A DNA stretch of 64,000 nt from Gammaproteobacteria bacterium (GTDB taxonomy: Bacteria > Pseudomonadota > Gammaproteobacteria > Steroidobacterales > Foliamicaceae), in assembly GCA_011523505.1 (NCBI GenBank), contig WTGP01000053.1, positions 581-64,580 on the forward strand. Direction: 5' to 3'. The notes under the pieces are model-generated. The model was not told the origin of the DNA, searched no databases, and was given only the letters and a program-made list of their open reading frames with translations. Position numbers and translations under genes: made by a program. Positions 9,501 through 18,500 of the stretch are shown piece by piece (the stretch's first letter is position 1; the number at the start of each line of letters is the position of its first letter).

Positions 9501-12500
9501 GTCGGTGTCCTGCTCCGTGGTGACCGTCAGCGTGCCCGTGCCGTCCGTGCCGATGCTGGCCGTGCGGTCGCCGTCCTGCCCGTCTTCCGCAAAATCGCCG
9601 CTGTCCGTCACGTCGATGTTCACGGTCAGCGCGCTGGCCGGCGCCGGCGAGGCGCTCAGGTTGAAGGTGATGACGCCGCCCTCGGTGACGTCGTTGCCGT
9701 CGGCGATGCTCACCACCGGCTTGTCGTCGTCGGCGACGTCGGCCGTGGCCGAGTTGTTCGTGCCGTGCACCGAGTAGCCGTTGCCGGCACGAAGCGTCGC
9801 GGTGATCGTGCCGTCCGGCTCGTTGACGCTGTCCGGGACCGTGGTGACGGTCAGCGTGCCCGTGCCGTTCGTGCCGATGGTGGCGGTGCGGTCGCCGGTC
9901 TGGCCGGACCCCGCGAAGCTGCCGCTGTCGGCGACCTTGACGTTCACGGTGATCGCGCTGGCCGGCGCCGGCGAGGCGCTCAGGTTGAAGGTGATGGCGC
10001 CGCCCTCGGTGACGTCGTTGCCGTCGGCGATGCTCACCACCGGCGTGGCCGGCGGCGGGTCGTCGTCGTCGTTGACCGCCGCCGTGCCCGAGTTGGCCGT
10101 GGCGTGCACCGAGTAGCCGCCGCCGGCCTTGAGCGTCGCGGTGATCGTGCCGTGGGGCTCGTCGACGTCGTCGGGCACGGTGGTGACGGTCAGCGTGCCC
10201 GTGCCGTCCGTGCCGACGGTGGCTGTGCGGTCGCCGGTCTGGCCGGACCCCGCGAAACTGCCGCTGTCGGCGACCTTGACGTTCACGGTGATCGCGCTGG
10301 CCGGCGCCGGGCTGGCGCTCAGGTTGAAGGTGATGGCGCCGCCCTCGTCGACGTTGTTGCCGTTGGCGATGCTCACGATGGGCGTGGCCGGCGGCGCTTC
10401 GTCGTTGTCGTTCACCGTGGCCGTGGCGGTATGGCTGCTGCCGTGCACCAGGTAGCCGTCGCCGGTCGCCAGCGCTGCGGTGATCGCGCCGGGCGGTTCG
10501 TCGATGCTGTCGTCGTCGGTGCCGACGGTCAGCGTGCCCGTGCCGTCCGTGCCGATGGTCGCGGTGCGGCTCCCGGCCTGGCCGCTCTTCGCGAAGCTGC
10601 CCTTTTGCGTCACCTCCACGTTCACGGTGATGGCGCCGGCCGGCGCCGGGCTGGCGCTCAGGTCGAAGGTGATCGTGCCGCCCTCGGTGACGGCGTTGCC
10701 GCCGGAAATGCTCACCACCGGCGTGTCCGTCCGGTCGTCGTCCCGCACGCGCACGCCGACGGACTTCGCGGTGACGTTCTCGTATTCCTCGATGCCGCTG
10801 ACGGTGTGGGTGAGCGTGGTGCGCTCGTCGTCCGCGTCCGCATCGTCCACCGCCGCCACATGGACGTATTGCAGCCGGTCCCAGTTGCTGCGCGTGAAGG
10901 TCAGGGTGGCGCTGGCGCCCGGCTGGGCGCTGCCGACGCGCACCTTCGCCGCCGCCGGGTCGGCGCTGGTGACCGTGACCGTCACGTCGCCGCTGGGGCA
11001 GCCGCGGCAGGCGCCGCCGGTCGGCTGCTTGCGCAACACCACGGAGTAGCGCCCGGACGCCCCGCCCTCGCCGACCGTCACGCTGGCGGCGCCGAGCGCC
11101 ACGCCCGCGACCGGGGTCTCCCGGTCCCAGATCGTGACGGCGGCCGGGGAGCGCCCGACCCCCACCCGGTCCGGGTGCTCGCTGAACAGTTCCACCGTGA
11201 ACTGCTCGTCGCCCTCGGTGGCGCCGTCGACGCGGATCCTGATCCGGACCGACTGCTGGTCATCGCCCGGCTCGAACACCACGGCGCGGCAGTCGCCGTC
11301 GACGTAGTCCCCGTTCCGCTCGGCGGTGCCCGCGAGGCAGCGCACCCCCACCTCCAGGCGCTCGGGGGCGGGCTGGTCGAGCACCACCGGCAGACTGAAG
11401 GTGGCGCCTTCCAGCACGAAATAGTTATCCCGGTCGAAGCCGGCCGTCGGGGTCTCGTTGAACCGGAAGTCCACCGTGCCGCTGCCCGACGCGCCGCCGT
11501 CGAGATTCGTACCGGAGGAGGCGGTCAGGGGGTCGAGGGCCAGGCTCACGGTTTCCGCGCCCTCGTCCGTGTTGTCCCCGATGCCGGTGAGGGTCAGCGT
11601 GGTGGCGCGCTTGGCGTTGGCGCCGCCGGTGAAGGTGATCGGGAGCTTGCCGCCGCTGAGGCCGCCGCACTGCACGCCGGTCTGGTTTTTGCAGGCGATG
11701 GTGTAGTCCGTGCCGCTGGCCGCGCCGCCGCCGATGGCGACCGTCACCGTCAGCGCCTCGGGCGACACCAGCGCCCGGCCGAGCGCCACCGTGACGGTCT
11801 TCACGCCGCCCTTCTCGGAGACGTTGCCGCCGGGGGCCGAGAGCGTGACCGAAGTGGGGTCGTCGTCGATGACGGTCACGGTGGCGGTCGTTTTCGCCGC
11901 GTCGAGGCTGAGCCCCGGCGTGGCCGTCGGCAGCGACAGCGCCGCGGTGTAGGTCTCGCGGGGCTCGTCGAGCGTGTCGGCCGCGAGCGGCAGGGCGACG
12001 GCGCGCGAGGACTGGGTCGAGGACAGGGACGGGTCGGAGTTCGAGCTCGTGCCGGTGCAGCGGTTGGTCGACTTCGAGCCGAAGCTCAGGAAGTCCGCCG
12101 GGAACTTTGCGGTGCCTTCCTCGACGCAGACGCGGAACGTGACCGGGCCGGCGCCGGACGACAGCGCCACCGTGCCGTTCGCGTCCCCGCCGGCGGCCGT
12201 CTCCGTCGCCGTCAGCGCCGTGGCCGCCCAGCCGATCGTGCGCCCGTCGTTCACGGTCACGTTGAAGGTCTTCTCCGTGGCGTGCGGGTCGGCGCCGCCG
12301 CCGACGTTGGTGCCGAGGCCCGAGCGGTCGAAGCCGTTGGCGCCGGCGCCGTCCGGGCCGAGCGCGATGGTGAAGGTCTCGCCGCCCGTTTCCGGGACCC
12401 CGTCCACCGTCGCCTCCAGCGTCAGTTCCGCCACGCGCGCGCCGGCGTCCTCGAAGCGCAGGTTCGGGGTGTCGGTGGTGGCGCCCGTGAGCGTGACGCC

Positions 12501-15500
12501 GGTGTTGCTCGCGCCGCTCTTCCCGGCCAGGCTCCAGTCGGCGGTGGAGACGCCGGCGCCGCCGCCGATCGACAGCGGCACGTCGATGATCTCGTCCTCG
12601 ACCAGCGCGCGCCCCAGGGTCACGGTGAACCCGATCGTGCCGCCCTCGTAGACCACGCCGGTCCCGACCCGCGTCAGGCGCACGACCGTCGGGTCGTTGT
12701 CGCTGGCGGTCGCCGTCACGGTCGCTGTCTTGCCGGCGTAGTCGCCGCCCGAGGCGGTGTGCTTGAGCGTCGCCTTGCCGGCCGCCCGGTCGCCGTCCTC
12801 GGGCACGGACACCGTCACCGTCTGCGCCGTCCCCCAGTCGGAGGTGGTGAACGTCAGCGACTCCGGGGTCGGCGTCAGCACCGTGCCCGCGTGACCCGTG
12901 ATCGCGACCGTCACCGAAGCCGACGGCTGGGTCGCCAGTGTCACCGTGTAGCCGGCGCTCGACCCTTCGGCGACGGTGAGCGTCGCGTCGGACAGCAACA
13001 GATTGGGCGTGTCGTCATCGGTCACCGTCACCGCCAGCGCCGCGGTCAGCGTGGCGTAGTCGCCGCCCGAGGCGGTGTGGGTGAGCCTGGCCGTGTCGTT
13101 GTCCGAGTCGTCGTCCTCGTCCGCCGACACCGTCACCGTCTGCGCCGTGTTCCAGTTCGAGGTGGTGAACGTGAGCGTCGCCGAGGACGGGTCGAGCGTG
13201 AGGTCGGTGTTCGCATGGCCGGCAATGGTCACGGTGACGTTGGCCGTCGGCTGCGAGGTCAGCTTCACCGTGTAGTCCGCGTCCGCTCCCTCGGTCACGG
13301 TGAGCGTCTCCTTCGAGAGCAGGATCTCCGCCGTCTCGTCGTCGGTCACCGTCACCGCCAGGTCCGCCGTCACCGACGCGTAGTCGCCGCCCGAGGCGGT
13401 GTGTGCGAGGGTGGCCGTGTCGTCGACCGCGTCGTCGTCGCCGGCCGCCGACACCGTGACGGTCTGCTCGCTCGCCCAGTCCGTGGTCGTGAACGTGAGG
13501 CTCGCCGGATTCCGCGTCACGTCGGTGTTCGCCGGGACCGCGATCGCCACGGTGACGTTGGCCGTCGGCTCCGTCGCAAGCTTCACCGTGTAACTCGCGC
13601 TGCCCCCCTCGGCCACCGTCAGCGGGTTCTTGGACAGCACCAGATTGGGCGAGTCGTCGTCGGTGGTGTTCACCGTCAGGTCTGCGGTCTCGCCGGCGTA
13701 GTCGCCGCCGGACGCGGTGTGTGTCAGGGTCGCCGTGTCGTTGACCGTGTCGTCGTCCTCGCCCGCCGACACAGTCACTGTCTGCGCCGTCGCCCAGTTC
13801 GAAGCCGTGAACGTGAGGCTCGTCGGACTCGGCGTCAGTTCGGTGCCCGCCTGGCCGGTGATCGCCACCGTCACCGTGGCCGTCGGCTCCGTCGCCAGCT
13901 TCACCGTGTATTCGGCGTCCGAATCTTCGGTGACGGCGAGCGTCGCCGCCGAAAGCACGATCCCGGCCTCGTCGTCGTCGGTGGTGTTCACCGTCAGGTC
14001 CGCGCTCTTGCCGGCGTAGTCCCCGCCCGAGGCGGTGTGGGTGAGCGTGGCCGTGTCGTCGGCCGCGTCGTCGTCCTCGCCCGCCGACACCGACACCGTC
14101 TGCTCGGTCTCCCAGTTCGAGGTCGTGAACGTCAGCGACGCCGGGCTCGGCGTCAGTTCGGCGCCCGCCTGGCCGGTGATCGCCACCGTGACCGTGGCCG
14201 ACGGCTCGGTCGCCAGTCTCACCGTGTAGCCGGCGCTCGACCCTTCGCCGACTTCGAGCGTCCCCTCGGACAGCACCAGGTTGGGCGAGTCGTCGTCGGT
14301 GGTGTTGACCTTCAGGGTCGCCGTCAGCGCGTCGTAGTCGCCGCCCGAGGCGGTGTGGGTCAGCGTCGCCTCGTCGTTGACCGTGTCGTCGTCCTCGCCC
14401 GGGGTCACCGTCACCGTCTGCGGCTCGTTCCAATTGGCGGACGTGAAAACGAGCTGCGCCGAGGACGGCTCGAGCGTGAGGTCGGTGTCCGCAAGGCCGG
14501 TGATGTCCACGATGACGTCGCTCGTCGGCGCCGAGGCCAGCGTCACCGTGTAGGTGTCGGCGTCGCCGCCTTCCGTCAGGGCGAGCGTCTCCTTCGACAA
14601 CAGGACCTCGGTCGTGTCGTCGTCGGTGACCGTCACCTGAAGCGCCGCCGTCAGCAACTCGTAGTCGCCGCCGGCGGCGATGTGGCTCAAGGTGTCCGTG
14701 TCGTTGAGCACGTCGTCGTCCTCGCCCGCCGTGACCGTCACCGTCTGCGGCTCGTTCCAGTCCGTGGTCGTGAACGTGAGCGTCGCCGGGACCGGGTCGA
14801 GCGTGAGGTCGGAGTCCGCCGGGAGTGCGACCTCCACCGTGACCGTCTGCGTCGGCTCGGTCGCCAGTCTCACCGTGTAGCTGGCGTCGCCGCCTTCCGC
14901 CACCGTCAGCGCAACGGTCGACAGCCCGATCTGCGGCGTCTGGGCGTCGGTCACCGTCAGGTCGAAGGCATTGTCCGTCCCGTGCGGGTCGGCGCCGCCG
15001 CCGACGTTGGTGCCGAGGCCGGTGCGGTCGAAGCCGTTCGCGCCGGCGCCGTCGGGGCCCAGCGCGACGGTGAAGGTCTCGCCGCCGGCCTCGACCCTGG
15101 CGTCGATGGCGGGGGTGAGTTCGAGGTACGCGGTGCGGGCGCCGCCGCCGGCGAAGCGCACGGCCGGGGTGGCGCTGTCGGTCGCCAGCAGGCTCACGCC
15201 GGTGTTCCGGCCGGCGGGGTTCTTCGCCAACGTCCATTCGTCGGGCGTGACGTTCGTGCCGGAGACCGCGAGCGGCACGTCGATGGTTTCGCCCGCGACC
15301 AGCGTCCGGCCCAGGTTGATCGTGAATTGCGTGCTGCCGCCCTCGCTGACGGTGACGCCGCTGCCCGGCCCGTCCAGGCTCACCACGGTCGGGTCGTCGT
15401 CGACGATCGTGACGGTGTGCGTGCTTTTCGGCGCATTCAGGCCCAGCCCCGCCACCGCGTCCGGCAGGGACAGCGTCGCGGAGAAGGTCTCGTCCGGCTC

Positions 15501-18500
15501 GTCCTCGCCGTCGCCGCGCAGGGTGAGGCTCACCGCCTGGCTCGACTGGCCCGAGGCGATGGCCGGATCCGGGTTGGCGTTGCCCGTGCCGGTGCAGCGG
15601 GCGTCGCCGGGGAAGCCGCGGTAGTCGCCGGTGGCGCCCAGCGTCGCGGCGCCGTCGGCGAGGCAGACGCGGAAGGTCGCCGGACCCGTGCCGGCGGAGA
15701 GGGCGGCGTTCACGCTGAATTGCTTCTCGGCGCCCGCCGCGCCCTCGGCGACGGATTGCGCGGTGGCCGCCCAGCCGAGGGTGCGCGTGACGGTCCCCGT
15801 CTCGTTGTCGTTCACCTTGACGTTGAAAGCATTGTCGACGCCGTGCGGGTCGGCGCCGCCGCCGACGTTGGTGTCCGCATCGGCATCGAACTGCGCATTG
15901 CTGCCCAGCGCGACGGTGAAGGTCTCGCCGCCGACCTCGGCGCCGTCCTGGGCGGTGGCGGTGAGCTCCAGCGTCGCGGTCCTGGCGCCGGCGCCGGCGA
16001 AGCGCACGGCCGGGGCGGCGGTGCCGAGCAGGGTCGCGCCGGTGTTGGCCGCGCCGCTCTTCGCCGCCAGGCTCCAGTCGCCGGGGGTGACGCCGGCGCC
16101 GGAGATCGAGAGCGGCGCGTCGATGACCTCGCCCTTCGCCAGCGCCCGCTCCAGGCTGACCGTGAACGCCACCTTGTCGCCCTCCCTGATGGCGCTGCGG
16201 CCCGCCCGGGCCAGGCGCACGACGGTCGGGTCGTCGTCGCGCAGGGTGACTTCCAGGACGCGCGGACTGGTTGCGAGATCCTCCCATCGATCATGCTTCA
16301 GCCACGCGGTGTAGGTCTCGTCCGGCTCGTCGATGGCGTCGGCAATCGACGTGAAGCTCACCGTGGCGCGCGACGCGCCGGCGCCGATGGTGAGGTCGGC
16401 GTTGGTGACGCTGTTGGTGCCGGTGCAGGACTCCGTGCCCAGCACGACGCCCCGGTAGTCCGTCCCGAAGGTCGCGGTACCGTCGCTCAGGCACACCTCG
16501 AAGGTGAGCGCCTCGCTCGCCGGCGACGAAAGCTCGACGCCGATCGACCCGGCCGCCGCGGTTTCGGTGACTTCCAGCGCCTTCGCGGCCCAGCCGAGCG
16601 TGCGCTGGTTTACGCCCCTGTCTCTCAGGTACATGGCATGTCGCCTGTCGCCGCGGCTGCCGGTGACGCCGCCGCCGAGGCCCGTGGCCGTCAGGCGCGG
16701 CGCGGCGCCGGTGGAACCGGCGGGAATGTCTACGTAGAACCGCTCGCTGTCCGCGTCGTCGTCGACTTCGGCGATGACTTGCACTGTAACGGCGGAGGGG
16801 CCAGCGCCGGAGTCCAGGCCGGTGAAGACCACCGTGCTGGTGTCCCGGTCGAGGCGCACGCCGGCCGAGCCCCCCGCATACAGGGTGAAATCCTCGTTCG
16901 GGGTGGCGCTGCTGCCGCCGATCGGCTGGAACAGCAGCGGCACCGCGAGCACCTCGCCGGAGACCAGCCCGCGGTTCAGGGCGAGGTGAATCTGCGCGTA
17001 AATGTCCAGGCCTTCGTAGGCATCTCTGACCGGCGTGGTCAGGGTGACATGGCCGGGGTCGTCGTCCACCACGGCGACCGTGGCGGCGTTGTTGGTCCCG
17101 ACGGTCCCGTAGTCGCCGGCGGCCAGCGTCGCCGTCACCGTGCCGTTCGCCTCGTCCGTACCGTCGGCGACCGTGGAGACGGTGAACGAGACGGTCTGCG
17201 CGCCCGTCGTCAAGGTGACCGTCCCGCGGCCGAGGTTGCCGGCCGCCACGAACCCGCCCGACTGCGCCACCTCGAAGTTCACCGTCAGGTCCGCCGGCAC
17301 GGCGACGTCCGACGTCACCGTGAACGCCGCCGGCGTGCCCTCGGTCACCGACGCGGCGTCCGCGGCGATCCGGAGCCGCGGCTTGTCGTCATTGGCGATG
17401 GTCAGCGTCACGTCCTCCGGCTGCCCCACCGGGTCGAGTCCGCCGCTGGCGGTGGCCCACACCGTGACCTCCTTGTAGACTTCGACCGAGTCGTCGTCCG
17501 CGGCGGTGACGGTCACCTTGCCGGTGCTCGCGGTCTGTCCGGCGGGGATGGTCAGGCGCCTGTTCTGGCTGAGCGTGAAGTCGTCCGCCGTGGCGGGGGA
17601 GACGGGGTCGGCCTCGACCACCAGGGTCACGTCATTGGCCGTCGGCCCGCTCAGGCTCGCCGTCACGGTGGAGCGGTTGGCGCCGAGTTCGGCGTTCTCG
17701 AAGATGCGCGGCGGGCTGAGGTCGAGGCTGGCGACCGACACGTCGTCGTCCTTGATCGGGATCGTCCAGCTTTCGTGCAAACCCTCATCGCCGGGACCGA
17801 CCCAGTAGCCGTCGCCGGCCAGCACCGTCATCTTCGCCCAGCCGTGCGGTTCATCGACGAGGTCGTTGCGTATCCGCACGTTGGGTTCCTTGAGGCCATG
17901 CTCGTTCAGACAGACCCTCGACCGGCCCCAACTGCGATGTGTCTGGTCGGGGCTGTAGAAGAACGCCCCCTGGACCTCGACAAAGAGCTGCACGCAGGCA
18001 TGCGGCGGGCCGACAATCTGCCAATACGCATAGGTATCTTGACGGGGTTGGCCCTCCGTCACCTCCCAGCGGGTCTGTGAGTAGGTGTATGCGCCATCCG
18101 GCTTCTTCCCTCGGATGGTCGATTTGCCGGCGCCCAGGATGCCCGCGTGACTACGGAGCCTGCGCACCGTGGAATCGCCTTCGTCGTCCCTGACCGTGAC
18201 CGTGGCCGCGGCGGGCGAACCGGCGCGATAGCCATGGCTCCCGAACGCATCGATGCGCGCCGTGACCGAGCCGTTGCCCGCCTGAACCTCGTTGTCCGCC
18301 GTGGGAAGACTCAGGATCGTGCTTGCAAGGCGGCCCGCCGGGATAACGCCGCTCGCAGCGTTGGAACCGCCGGAAACGTCGCCGAACCAGGTTGCCTTGA
18401 TCGCCACCGCGAGATCGGTCGTGGGCGCCGGGTCCGCCGCCACGATGAACTGGGCGCGTTCGCCCTCGACCACCGCCGCGGCCGCGGGCTCGATCGTGAG

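Noticed and set aside
12700-14935. Regular ~320-bp periodicity that could superficially suggest a repeat-spacer array
   Set aside because: The period is far too long for CRISPR, there are no short conserved repeats separated by unique spacers, and the whole region is one coding frame of protein modules.
13015-16287. 1,090-aa minus-strand ORF in another frame of the autotransporter gene, with similar ORFs at 2301..3344, 6400..7197 and 7745..8569
   Set aside because: These are off-frame readings of GC-rich repeat DNA. The composition is Arg/Gly/Asp/His-dominated junk that overlaps a frame with clear domain signatures.
6546-18080. 3,844-codon + strand ORF, plus 38..3229, 3248..6025 and 18147..20672, lying antisense to the giant genes
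   Set aside because: These ORFs are in the codon-aligned antisense frame: 6546-6513 is divisible by 3, and 38 and 3248 share the gene B codon phase. That frame closes only where the sense strand uses TTA, CTA or TCA, which are very rare at this GC3. For example, the stop at 3227-3229 is a sense TTA and the stop at 6023-6025 is a sense TCA. The products are R/G/H/D/V-rich with no motifs. They are shadow ORFs, although the 11.5-kb length is striking.
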